NCBI GenBank assembly: GCA_032718475.1
Contig: JAUCBJ010008787.1
Span: forward strand, 34,030-98,029
From: Nemertoderma westbladi
Taxonomy: Eukaryota; Animalia; Xenacoelomorpha
Length of the DNA stretch: 64,000 nt
Direction: 5' to 3'
Numbering within the stretch: position 1 is the stretch's first letter; each line of letters starts with the position of its first letter. Below, one piece after another: positions 23,963 through 36,258 of this stretch. The notes beneath the pieces were generated by a model. That model did no database searches. It was not told the origin of the DNA and saw nothing but the letters and a program-made list of their open reading frames with translations. The position numbers were made by a program, and so were the translations under genes.

Positions 23963-25152
23963 TGTAAAAGCTTTTGTGGGATAACTGATACGTTTGCCTT
24001 TGCTGGCCAGTTCCCCCCCAGTCGCTAGAATACTCTCAAAGGGATTTATAACTAAAATAGTGCAAGCTACCAGCTTATTGGCTGATGTGCTGTACGGAGA
24101 TATCTGGGCTCAGTTTAATCGGCCAACTAGCTTAGAGAGGTTGCCTTAGCCTTGCTGTTCGTGTCAGCCAATAGAATTTGCGTAGGCGTTGATTTCGACC
24201 TATCCCAGCGCTACTGAACTGAATTTCCTATCTCACTGCTCATCCTCTGTGTTAAACGGGGCTTCGTGGAATAAGAGTTTTTGGTATACTCGTATAGTGG
24301 CAGTAGTCATATATGATTTTATATGATTCTGTTGTTGTGTTCCCATTTTCGCCATAACACCGGCTTTTGGGAAGAACTCTAGTAAAACTGCTTGAATTAT
24401 CGAAAGTATAAACTGTTACCGCATCTTAACATACTCACTTAATTTAACTGCATTAATCATATTGTTTGTACTGTTATTTTACCGTCAGTTATTAATTGTA
24501 CCTATTTGTTGATGGAAATATTGCTCTTTGGATAATACGGATAAATCACCCAAATTTCCCAATTTTCTTGATACACTACAGGTTAGAGAGGCGGGCTATA
24601 TATAACAATTGCGATTTATATTAATGTGGTGTGTATTGAATCTAATGTTATTTAGCAGACCCTACATGAGTCAATTACTGCTCTCTTTATGTGTGATCAA
24701 ATATACTGACGGTCGGCAGAATAGTGTGCATGATTGTGATTGGTAACAAAGTATTTCCTAAAGAATGCGCTTTATACTTTAATCATAAGCAGTATCGTTG
24801 CGTTTAGTATAAGTCCTAGTTCTGTTTAAATAGATAGAGCGCCACGTCCTAAAGGAACTGTTAATATTCCCCGAAAGCCAATAATATCTGTCAGAAATTA
24901 ATTATTAACGATCTATCGAATAATACAGTAGGTTTACACTGCAACCTTACACTGCAATAATAAAATTTAAGCATCCGAATTCAGCCTCCCGGGTGTAGAT
25001 CCATCGGGTGAATGATCGCGCATGGGCTGACTTCGGCTAATGTTTTGTGTATTAGCATAAAATATTGTCGTATGCTAAAGGTGTTTTAATTAACTAAAAG
25101 ACATATAAATTTTGGCAGGTTAAACTGCTAAAGGTCTTCAAAAGCGCGAACA
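23963..25152 (+). repeat. 5' LTR
   Basis: TGTAAAAGC...GCGCGAACA, near-identical to 31957-33144. Confidence 0.95.
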
Positions 25153-26815
25153 GTAACAGTTTATTATCTTATTGCAGTAGGCAATAGGGTTGAAAAATAC
25201 CGTAGTGACTGGTAAAACTGAACCGGTACTTTGTAGGTCAGTAGGCCTAACTGTCATCACCGGTACCGGTACTGCTGTACAAGTACATTTAGTATTATTC
25301 GATTTGATTATTGTATACCGGTAGGTCTTAGTACTTAATCAGGGACTGCAGCCCTGAATTTTTATTGAGATTCTACTTATTTCTGTCGGTTTTATTTCCT
25401 AGTAAGTTAATATTGAGCTGAAGACGTGTAAGTCTGCTCAGATTGTTCAGATAATTGTAGGCTGAACTGCTGTCTGACTGTGTTGAGTTTGGAGAGATTA
25501 CGGCGTGTGTAGAGTTTGTCTGATAAAGTGCCGTTAGTAAGTTGGGGCAGCCATATGCGGTAAGGTCAATCCCCTCTTAAAGAATAAGTCGTACTACTGT
25601 GTTAGAACGCATACTAACTAACAGTTTCAGAGTCTGCATATACTGTAGTTTATTTAGGCTTGATCGTAGTCTGCCAGTGTTTTAGCCTGTGTTTGTTTGT
25701 GTGGTCTGTTCAGATACCGTAATAGTTATTACTCAAATATTTGTAGGCTGGATTGTTGTCTAGCTATTTTTAAGTCTGAGGGGATTGCTGCGTGTGTAGA
25801 GTTGGTCTGATAAAGTGCCGTTAGTAAGTTGGGGCAGCCATAAGCTGTAAGGTCAATCCCCTCTTAAAGAGTAAGTCGTACTAACGTGTTAGAACGCATA
25901 CTAACTAACAGTTTCAGAATCTGCACATACTGTAGTTTGTTTAGGCTTGATAATGGTTTGCCAGCGTTTGGTTTGTATTTTGTTTGAGTATTCTGTACGG
26001 GTAGCGTAATATTTATTATTCAGAGTTTATGCGATTATTCGCAACATTCATGTCCCCAAGTTTATTCCTACAGTAATTGTGCTTGTTATACATACCGTTA
26101 TAGTTAAACTAACCCCGGTACTACATCAGGGCTGCTCGGCGTAGGTAAAGACTGGAGATTTTGTGCTTCGGTCACTCCAGCAGATGCCGTGGTTCTTTTA
26201 ACTGTTCAAGTATATTTAACTACTGATTATTTGTTATACCGGTACTTGTACCTAATTTAGGGTTTAGTGTACAGTGCTTTCCGAAGTAATTAGTGTAGGC
26301 AGTATATTTGTGTTGTAAAGTGGTTGATAGGCACATTCGTTAGCTCTATTAGCTTCTGGGTAGGAACAACCCGTGATACATAACGTAGTACCTATAGCGA
26401 TACGGTTATAGGTCGTCAGGCGGTGGTATTTTCCTATCTGGACAGTACAATATATTTACTACTTATTATTTCAAATACCGTAGTACCCTGTCCGTTGTAA
26501 TAACCAGAATTCTAACCCTTTGTTAAGCTGGTTTGTAGACTTCCTGTAAAATTACCCTAAAAATTTCGTACGTAATATTTTGTTGTGTTTAATTAGAGAA
26601 TTAATCTCACCAGTATAGTAAGTAATTTGTAGTATTAAGTAACTTAGGTAAATTAGAATTATCAGTTTTAGTGTCAAATAAATAGCACTTCACTGAGAGG
26701 CGTTCAGCTTCTGTGTAGTGACTCCCCCAGAAATAATAACATTTATTTCAAATATTGACAAAAACCCATATAAACGGGTATATATATATATATAAAGCCC
26801 GAAGAAAGAACGAGA

Positions 26816-28294
26816 GTGCATCAGACTACCCAAGGTAAAGTAAGTAATATAAAACCTAACTGTGCGCTGTGCGACGGGACCCACCGTTTGAGTGCGTGTG
26901 CGGAATTTCTAAAGAAATCACTTATAGACAGACGTACCGTTGTGTGGGACAAGCGGTTATGCTATAATTGCCTCAGACCAGGACACCAACGGCGAACCTG
27001 TTACTCCGACATAAAGTGTGAAAAGTGTGGTGCGAAACATCACATCTTGTTACATAGTGAGTTCGAACGAGACAAGCCGAGTCAGGTAAGTGAGTCCGAA
27101 CTACATGTCCAATTCAGTGATGTAAACGACACTGATCAGGAGTCTGAGATGGAAGGATTCTATACTGACGAATTCTCCGACGCCAATGAATCCTGTTATC
27201 TAATAAACACCACAGTGTATCGAGCACTTACTTACGAAAAGGACATCAACGAGGAGTTTCCCCCTACTACTTTTACCAAACAATCATCTTGGAAAGCTCC
27301 AACTTCCAACGTAGGAATCAGAGAATTTCCTGTAGTTCAGGTAAGAGTTCACGGTATTAACAAAAGCTACATAGTGAACGCCCTACTTGACTCAGGCAGC
27401 ACAGAAACCTTCATCGATCAAGAACTAGCCGAAGATATCTTTGCTGGACAACCCAAGTTCCGGACTAAATTGAATATGTCAGGAATTATGCAGGTTTGGA
27501 AATCTACCCTGACGGCAGATTACTACGTAGGTGTGTTGTCCACCCCCCAGGATAAGTTAGGAACACAAGGTGTAAGGTCAGTAAAAATGGTGGCTATAAA
27601 GAACTTCGCTACTACCCAAGCAGACCTTTATAATTGGGACGAGGATGAGAGCATCCAACATCTTAAGATACCTCGATTCCAGACAGATTATCCTGGAGTG
27701 CAAATACTCATCGGCCAAAACGCGCACGAAGCGCTTGAGACATTGGAGAAACGGCCTGCTCAACCACAGCCACTGCAAACTTATGCGGTAAGAACTAGAG
27801 TAGGTTGGTACTTTACTGGCCCTTCCCGCAGAACTCTTGAAGAAAGATTGCCACAAGACCGGCTACTTCAAGTAAAGGATTGGGAAGAGGGGAGCAGTGA
27901 AGTGGACGAACCCACTGAGGTAACACCATACTCCTCAGATAATGACGATATTAACTCCAATGTAGATCAATGGAGACATCGCCCCGAGATGATTAATCTA
28001 GCCGACATCGCTTCCAGAGGAGCAACTCCTCAAGAACGGATAGATACTCCCGGCTGGTTAGGTGGACCCGACTCCCTAAGTAAAGAAGAAGATGAATGGC
28101 CTCCTCATCTTACCACTGCGGAGATTAGACAGGCCAAGGGAGCGGAGGAAGTAACACGACAGCCTAATCGCCCAGCTGGTCGCTTAGGTTTACTGGAAAG
28201 AGACCGAAAACTGTCCGGAAACCATGGAAGGCAAGATACTCTTCCTACGACCACTTCCCTAATTCGACAAAGATCTAGGGACTCCATAACGTAA
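26816..28294 (+). CDS. Truncated BEL/Pao polyprotein: three Gag zinc knuckles, aspartic protease and a short RNase H-region remnant
   Basis: CALCDGTHRLSAC, CYNCLRPGHQRRTC and CEKCGAKHHILLH (BEL triple knuckle); ALLDSGSTETFI; ILIGQN; AVRTRVGW; QWRHRPEMINLADIASRG...WLGGP. No RT YxDD and no integrase. The start codon is uncertain (GTG). Confidence 0.85.
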   Translation: MHQTTQGKVSNIKPNCALCDGTHRLSACAEFLKKSLIDRRTVVWDKRLCYNCLRPGHQRRTCYSDIKCEKCGAKHHILLHSEFERDKPSQVSESELHVQFSDVNDTDQESEMEGFYTDEFSDANESCYLINTTVYRALTYEKDINEEFPPTTFTKQSSWKAPTSNVGIREFPVVQVRVHGINKSYIVNALLDSGSTETFIDQELAEDIFAGQPKFRTKLNMSGIMQVWKSTLTADYYVGVLSTPQDKLGTQGVRSVKMVAIKNFATTQADLYNWDEDESIQHLKIPRFQTDYPGVQILIGQNAHEALETLEKRPAQPQPLQTYAVRTRVGWYFTGPSRRTLEERLPQDRLLQVKDWEEGSSEVDEPTEVTPYSSDNDDINSNVDQWRHRPEMINLADIASRGATPQERIDTPGWLGGPDSLSKEEDEWPPHLTTAEIRQAKGAEEVTRQPNRPAGRLGLLERDRKLSGNHGRQDTLPTTTSLIRQRSRDSIT

Positions 28295-29911
28295 TTATAT
28301 ATGGAGTGGGTGTATGTCTATATTATTTATCTATTTTATTACATTTTATATGTAAATGTTATTATGTACGTTATTATAATCGTTTTTATTTAATTTTATT
28401 TAGTAAAAGGTTATTTTAGAATATTTAGTAAATTAGTGCAATATATTAGTGTTTATTACGTATTTAATTACTTATAATATATTTAGTGCGACGGCAAGAA
28501 ATAATTATTTTCTCTTTCCTTACTGTCCGTATTATATTATAAATGCGAGACTATAGTAAGATGACATGTCAGTACTTCTTAAAGTACAATAAAGCCACTA
28601 CTATATTTAAGTATTATTGGTAAGCAGAGTATTAGGAATGCAAAGTTCAGATCCTCGTGTCTCGGCTAAACCAAGCTCTGGGTAGACCTTGGAAACGACT
28701 TGCCTCTTCACACTGACATTGCTTCGTGCGATATTGCTCTTCTACCTTATAACAAATAATACATATAGTAGCGTGATGTCCCTCTAACAGTAGCGTAAAT
28801 CGCAAATAAATCTGTTAAACTTTTGACCTTCTGTAATTCTAGTCGATTAAGATATCGTGGCACCCACCGATATACTTGAAAGACAAATTCTAGAATCAGT
28901 GGTTAATGTCCCCAGACAAGTTCTGGAATAAATCGGTGCTCATCCTAAATATTAATTTAATATTATTATTAAAATCTGTAAAATCCCGATCCTTTAAAAT
29001 TTCTAGTCAATTAAGATATCGCAGTATTTACCGATATTCTTAGAAGGACTATTTTATAGAATTAAGGATCCTAAGTTCCCAGATATGCTCTGGAATAAAA
29101 TTTGTATCAATTTAACATCAAATAATAAAATTCACGGGAATAAATTTAAATTCATATTCAAATGAATTTCATAAATTGTCATTTTGTGCAATTTATAACA
29201 TTCCCAAAATTCCAGTAATTAATAGATCATGGGAGCGGAGATTCATATTGAGTGTATTAGAGTGCGAGAATCTCCAACATATAGTCAATAGCCGATAAAA
29301 TTTATAAAATCATGCATAAAGAGGGTATTGACAACTAAAGAATTACTATTAAATAACATCCCAGATCTGTATGCATGAGAATTACCCTAATTCTACCGCT
29401 AGTTTTCCATAATGTCACCATGGCAACACCCACGCTAGAATTAGAAGCAAGTTAAAGGAACAATAAAAGCTTGCCCCATTGCGTAGCATAAGAGTATACA
29501 TAGCGCGCTATTAGTATCCAAGGATACATAGTAATAACATGACATTCTGGAAGACACTGACTAACGGACAAATGGCATGCATGTGTGCAGTAAGCAATGA
29601 TTGTATGGAAATTGTGCGTTTATAGGTGAATGTTACTACTAAAGTGTGTTTACAGTAGCTAATCGCAATTGTAAAATAGCCTTAACTCTACCGAGATAAC
29701 CTCAAGTGGATTCAAGCCTTTGGGACGGACAGTGGTGGGACTTGTGCCGGTTATCGTTGTCGTGCTGTTGCTACATGTTGGCGTAAACACTGCGACAGCG
29801 GTACATCGGCGCTGAGAAACCCACTGTCCGGGGGCAAGGCCTAGTAGGCAGCGACGCCCGCTTGCCTAAAATATTAACTCATATTGATATTAATAAACTC
29901 AGATAACAGAT

Positions 29912-31878
29912 ATGACGGAATTGATAGAAGATGACCTTGGTATCAGGGAGCGATATACTCTACCTTTACAAGCGTTTGTGGATAGCTTGATACGCGGTGA
30001 AGCCGATCCGACTATTACGGAGGACGATGGTCGTTATATCGAACCGCCGATGTCCCAGGAACAACTTACGCGTGAATTGGACTATAGAAAATTCACCGCT
30101 CGCTATACGAATCGTAATGGTACGTATATGGACTTCTTAACTACCGGCCATCCTACCGATTTACATGATATGGAAATGTGGAGACGTATACCACTCGATA
30201 CATGAAGTATAGTGATCTCCCTGACGCTAATCAATGCGCCACCTTGTGGCATCCGGTAGGGATGACCCTCGAAAACGCCACCAAAGAGTGGAATGAAACT
30301 CTTAATATCATTGAGATGTATGGCGTTGTTACTTACGATAACGAAGGTAGCGTTCCTATCGGAGAATTAGGAACTACGCGCATGATACACATACGCGGAT
30401 TAGCTGGTTCCACTCACGTGTTTACGCGAGCGTGTTCCGACGTGATCGATTATTCCTTTGAAACTCTCACCGAAACGCAAAAGAATCTCCGACATGGACA
30501 ATTCGAACTCGCGCAGCGTTACGTCATTGACACCGAACGCAAACCGGCCATGGGTATCGATGGATCGATGTTACCCCAGCCCGTTCTCGAAATGTTATTC
30601 AACGAAAGAATCATTAAAATCGGCTCAGCTGTTTACGGAGATCTCCAAAACGACTTTCGGAATATGGAGAATATCCCCTATCCTTTCGTGGATACTCAGC
30701 TGATAGCTCCTTGGGCAGAAGGCCGAGGTTTCTTTCGCACCATGTATGCTAATGCGTCTAGCAACATTACAAAGGTGCAACGAACTTCCATCGGACATCT
30801 TGCCTTTCAGGAATACGGGTGGAATTTCAAGGTCGGAAATCCCATCAACTATCAACAAGTATACGGAGACCATTATTCTCGATTATACTTTGACGGACCG
30901 TTGACTGCGTATGATTATCGCCATGCCAATTATGTTTCTCGACAACGTTGTCGGCTGTGCGCATCGAGAGACCATATTACGTCTATGGACACCAACGATC
31001 TCTGTTCCTATTTCCACGAGCAACCGTCGATGGAAATCTATTGTGCATATTGTCGGCTTAATAATTTGCACATTTTTGCTGTCTGCCCCCAATTTATGAC
31101 TCAATGCCATCATTGTCAATTAAAAGGACACGCCAGCTTTGATTGTCCCTTTAATCATGATTTAGAGAGCGTATATGAAATGATTGTACTACGTTATATC
31201 AGAGCTTGGGAAGCGAACGCTGATTTACATTGTGATTCACGCCATCGCTATTATCCTGGACGCGCTTACGAAGGAGTTTATGCGTTCCATCCTTATTTGT
31301 TTGCCTCCGTCGAGCAGAAATCGCGCCTATCAAGTTATGAACTATTGAAGCGCGTTGGAGAATGTATTTCAACCAAATATGTACGCAAATTTCTCAGGAG
31401 CATTAATCCGAGTGACATCCATTCTTACAACTTAATAAACTTTATCCGTCAAGACCCTGCCTATGGAGACTTATTCGTCAACTCACACCCTGAGTTACAA
31501 GAAGTATATCGACGGCCTTACGAGTACCGAGCCCGCGAACGCGAGTTGGAAAGAACCATTAAACCAAGGAAGTTTCTAACTACTTATGGTCCACCCACGG
31601 CCCTCGTGCAGACCACTCGTACAGGACCCGTAAGAGCGGCTGTCTTGAAACGAGCTCTCAAAGCCGTTAGACCCCTCTCCCCGGACGTTGATGTCAATCA
31701 ACCCGGTACTTCGACCGGCGGATATACCGATCGCAATCCCATACCTTCTGATGCAATCATATTGCACCCTTCACCCAGGAGTTATAGCCCTCCTCGTAGA
31801 GTGGCTCGCCCCAAAGAGAAAAGGACTCTTGCTAGCTTTAAAAAACTGCGTAAACGCCGTCCGCGCAAGAAAGACTAA
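29912..31878 (+). CDS. Cargo ORF (one apparent frameshift near 30200): DEDDy 3'-5' exonuclease-like domain, Cys/His knuckles and basic tail
   Basis: ExoI-like GVVTYDNEG, ExoII-like LPQPVLEMLFNERIIKIGSAVYGD, FVDTQ, SIGHLAFQEYG; CRLCASRDH, CAYCRLNNLHIFAVC, CHHCQLKGHASFDC; KKLRKRRPRKK. The 566-codon frame is open. Confidence 0.65.
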
Positions 31879-31956
31879 CTGTTTAGAGTATTTTTATATT
31901 TTAGAAACTGTGATTTTGTATATTTTATAGACTTAAATCCCATTTTCTGGGAGCGG

Positions 31957-33144
31957 TGTAAAAGCTTTTGTGGGATAACTGATACGTTTGCCTTTGCTGG
32001 CCAGTTCCCCCCCAGTCGCTAGAATACTCTCAAAGGGATTTATAACTAAAATAGTGCAAGCTACCAGCTTATTGGCTGATGTGCTGTACGGAGATATCTG
32101 GGCTCAGTTTAATCGGCCAACTAGCTTAGAGAGGTTGCCTTAGCCTTGCTGTTCGTGTCAGCCAATAGAATTTGCGTAGGCGTTGATTTCGACCTATCCC
32201 AGCGCTACTGAACTGAATTTCCTATCTCACTGCTCATCCTCTGTGTTGAACGGGGCTTCGTGGAATAAGAGTTTTTGGTATACTCGTATAGTGGCAGTAG
32301 TCATATGATTTTATATGATTCTGTTGTTGTGTTCCCATTTTCGCCATAACACCGGCTTTTGGGAAGAACTCTAGTAAAACTGCTTGAATTATCGAAAGTA
32401 TAAACTGTTACCGCATCTTAACATACTCACTTAATTTAACTGCATTAATCATATTGTTTGTACTGTTATTTTACCGTCAGTTATTAATTGTACCTATTTG
32501 TTGATGGAAATATTGCTCTTTGGATAATACGGATAAATCACCCAAATTTCCCAATTTTCTTGATACACTACAGGTTAGAGAGGCGGGCTATATATAACAA
32601 TTGCGATTTATATTAATGTGGTGTGTATTGAATCTAATGTTATTTAGCAGACCCTACATGAGTCAATTACTGCTCTCTTTATGTGTGATCAAATATACTG
32701 ACGGTCGGCAGAATAGTGTGCATGATTGTGATTGGTAACAAAGTATTTCCTAAAGAATGCGCTTTATACTTTAATCATAAGCAGTATCGTTGCGTTTAGT
32801 ATAAGTCCTAGTTCTGTTTAAATAGATAGAGCGCCACGTCCTAAAGGAACTGTTAATATTCCCCGAAAGCCAATAATATCTGTCAGAAATTAATTATTAA
32901 CGATCTATCGAATAATACAGTAGGTTTACACTGCAACCTTACACTGCAATAATAAAATTTAAGCATCCGAATTCAGCCTCCCGGGTGTAGATCCATCGGG
33001 TGAATGATCGCGCATGGGCTGACTTCGGCTAATGTTTTGTGTATTAGCATAAAATATTGTCGTATGCTAAAGGTGTTTTAATTAACTAAAAGACATATAA
33101 ATTTTGGCAGGTTAAACTGCTAAAGGTCTTCAAAAGCGCGAACA
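31957..33144 (+). repeat. 3' LTR
   Basis: By eye it differs from the 5' LTR by a 2-bp AT indel (CATATATG vs CATATG) and one substitution (GTTAAAC vs GTTGAAC). Confidence 0.95.
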
Positions 33145-34522
33145 ACCAGCAAGCAAGTTGATCGATCTCCATGCCTGGGATGATTGCCTGCTGTCGTCAG
33201 CATCATTGATGGCATCAACCTGTTGGTTTATTAGTTCCTGTAAATTAACAGAGTACTGCCTGTTCAGGGACCTAGATGCAGCCTTAACTGCATTCTTCGC
33301 CGCTGTAGTCTGTTTGAGTCGGGACTCTTTCTGCGCCTTGTCGAGGTCATTTCGACACATCTGAATTTTGTTGTCAGTCCAGGGGGCCCGTTTCCTGTTT
33401 CGAGGGTATACAGGAACTGTTTCTGCAGCTGCTAACTTAACTGCCTCTGTGAAGGCAGTATAGCCCTCACAGTGATCTGTCGCCTCAGAGGCAAGAACCT
33501 CATACATGTTGCTCAGCTGTTGTGTGAAGCTGGATCTAACACTTGGCTGTTGCAACAGAGAGGACCAGTCATGCCGCGGCAAGGCAGATTTCGTTGTTCT
33601 GCTAGCACGCAGACTAAGTCTTGCCTTGGCCACAATAATGTCGTGATCACTGGAGAAGGGTCGTAGTGTAAATGCATTACAGTCTTGTATAGAGCTCCTG
33701 TATTTCCTACGAAACAGGATATGGTCTATCTGGGACTTGTGACCACTGGGTCCACTATGAGTCCATAGCTTTCCAGTTCGCTTCTTGAACTGGGTTCCAG
33801 GCGAAAACAATCCATTTCCAGAGATAAAATCCTGAAGATGGACGGAATTTCGGTTAACACTAGTAGTAATAGTATGCCACCCTCGGCGACAGTTGGACCA
33901 ACTTCGCACCTTGGGTGTTAAGTAGGTCATTAATTAATTAATCAATTAATTAATTGGTCGATTAAACAATTAATTAATTGTTTAATCAATCGATTTGTAT
34001 CAAATAATGTTGCCAAAGGCAATTTAATTTGACACAAATCAATCAGATAGGGGACGCGAGATGAATAAATTGTACTACAGCAAATGAAATATACAACACA
34101 ATAGGCACTGTGCAATACAATATACAATACATTTGTATTATTTTTGCCATACAGTAGGTAAAGGTAGAATTAAATATAAAGACACGAGCGGGGCCCAAAA
34201 CATAAATTACCCTCTCAAGAAAATAAAGTGGCCCAGTTTGGCCCTGAGTCATCCCTCAATAATCTGAGGCTGTTTCGGCTCTTATTAACCATAGCATGAC
34301 TAACCCAAACATCAATGCGTGAATGGGGCCTGCGTGAATGGGGCCTGCCACAGAGCTTAAATTATTCAAACCCACAGCTTCGTTATTACATCAATTCGTC
34401 CGAGAAATTAGAATAAACATCTGCTCTTGCAATAGATTGCATTCTTTCGCATTGTATTGCGAAGCAGTCCACGCGCATATTAGCTCAACAACAAAGCCAT
34501 CGCCCAAACGCCATGTGTCAAG

Positions 34523-34591
34523 TCCATGTGAGGGTTGAACCCATGACATGCGGGAGATGTGAATTCAAAGCAACCACTACACCAAGGTGAA
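34523..34591 (-). ncRNA. tRNA-like Pol III unit (left inner arm)
   Basis: Imperfect reverse complement of 37152-37220, with box A TGGTGTAGTGG and box B GGTTCAACCC. Confidence 0.5.
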
Positions 34592-34661
34592 ACAGTAACG
34601 TTTGAATTTGTTCGTTAACGTTCGAATTTGTAAGACTCTGATTTAAGACCTGAGGCACTCC

Positions 34662-35248
34662 CCACAACCACAGCCACAGCCACAACCACAGCCACAACCA
34701 CAGCCACAGCCACAGCCACAGCCACAGCCACAGCCACAGCCACAACCACAGCCACAGCCACAGCCACAGCCACAGCCACAACCACAGCCACAGCCACAGC
34801 CACAGCCACAGCCACAACCACAGCCACAACCACAGCCACAGCCACAGCCACAGCCACAACCACAGCCACAGCCACAGCCACAGCCACAGCCACAACCACA
34901 GCCACAACCACAGCCACAACCACAGCCACAACCACAGCCACAACCACAGCCACAACCACAGCCACAGCCCACCACAGCCACAGCCACAACCACAGCCACA
35001 GCCACAACCACAGCCACAGCCACAGCCACAACCACAGCCACAACCACAGCCACAGCCACAGCCACAACCACAGCCACAACCACAGCCACACCACAGCCAC
35101 AACCACAGCCACAACCACAGCCACAACCACAGCCACAGCCACAACCACAGCCACAGCCACAACCACAGCCACAACCACAGCCACAACCACAGCCACAACC
35201 ACAGCCACAGCCACAGCCACAGCCACAGCCACAGCCACAACCACAGCC
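34662..35248. repeat. (CACAGC/CACAAC)n hexamer array
   Basis: Directly visible; inverted relative to 36854-37080. Confidence 0.95.
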
Positions 35249-35499
35249 TCACCTTCACCCACTTTATTGTTAAATACGCCTGAGAAAAATTCAAGAAACA
35301 TCTGGTTTACAATAGATTATTCTTTTTTCACAACTCCATTCTAGCCTCCCTCTATAAAAGCCCCCATTCACCGCATTCTCATTCATTCTCTAATTTTTAT
35401 TTTTAAAAGTTTTATTTATTTTCATAAAAGTTTTATTTATTTAAAATTTTGTAAAATCATTCAGCGAAAATTCATAATATCAATTGACATTGCTATATA

Positions 35500-36258
35500 A
35501 TGCCTAGCTATGAAAGATGTTTGGTTTGTAATAAAGAAATGAGACGAGACAGTATATCCCGTCATATGAGTATACATAGAAAGGAAGGTGTAATGGAACC
35601 ATTACCAAAGAAATTAAAAAATAATGATGATATTTTTAGTGAAGAAGAAAACAAAAAGAGAGTTGAGAGTGATTTTCTAGAGATTAAACAAATGATGAAA
35701 CATAAATTCGAGAAAATCATGAATATTTTGAAGAATATACAGAAACAGCCACATAGTGAAAAGGACGATGAGAGTGAGGAAGAGAATAAATCAGAGGAAA
35801 GTGAGAATGATGAAACGGAGAGTGAGATAGAGAAAGAAGAAAATGAGAGTGGTGGTGAAGAAAATGAGAGCGAGAAAGAAGTCGAGGAACATGAAAGTGG
35901 TGAGGATAATGACTCAGATAATGAGGAGATATTAAGACATGTATTAGGAAATAAAAATAAATTGCAGAAAATAATTAGACAATTGAATGAAATGCAGAAA
36001 CATTCGCATAAGGAGAGTGATAATGATGGAAATGAGAGTGATGAGGATGAATCGGAGGAGAGTAGCGATGACAGTGAGGAAGAATCAAAGGAGAGTAGCG
36101 ATGACAGTGAGGAAGCATCAGAGGAGAATGACAATGAAAATGGACAGAAAATCAGAGTAGGGAATGGAAAAGTTATATCTCCAGCAACTGTTGTATATCG
36201 ACCTAGGATTATGAACAGTAACAGTCGTACAGTTAGTGCGAGACAGTGCAGAAGATAA
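35500..36258 (+). CDS. C2H2 zinc finger plus acidic-domain protein of the TIR element
   Basis: ATG start, CLVCNKEMRRDSISRHMSIH (C-x2-C-x12-H-x3-H), NLS-like PKKLK, E/D/S-rich tract. TATAAAA at ~35353 and AATAAA at ~36624. The 3' part is duplicated with a 284-bp period. Confidence 0.7.
   Translation: MPSYERCLVCNKEMRRDSISRHMSIHRKEGVMEPLPKKLKNNDDIFSEEENKKRVESDFLEIKQMMKHKFEKIMNILKNIQKQPHSEKDDESEEENKSEESENDETESEIEKEENESGGEENESEKEVEEHESGEDNDSDNEEILRHVLGNKNKLQKIIRQLNEMQKHSHKESDNDGNESDEDESEESSDDSEEESKESSDDSEEASEENDNENGQKIRVGNGKVISPATVVYRPRIMNSNSRTVSARQCRR

Larger units (their letters stand above)
23963..33144 (+). mobile_element. Young non-autonomous BEL/Pao-derived LTR element, 9182 bp
   Basis: TG..CA LTRs of 1190 and 1188 bp, 5-bp TSD ACCAG (23958-23962 and 33145-33149), purine-rich GGGAGCGG directly before the 3' LTR, and BEL-type gag/protease inside. 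Confidence 0.95.
21916..33860 (-). mobile_element. Decayed RTE-clade LINE split by an LTR element (23963-33144) and a hammerhead insertion (22284-22588)
   Basis: APE C-terminus KLWTH..SQIDHIL..SSDHD (33130-33930). The frame rejoins as INLLAG|RKSQPTTK. RT motifs FVDFFKAFDS, GVLQGDTL, DLDFADDL. C-terminal RLRFAGHCFRR..LVLWQP. Confidence 0.9.
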
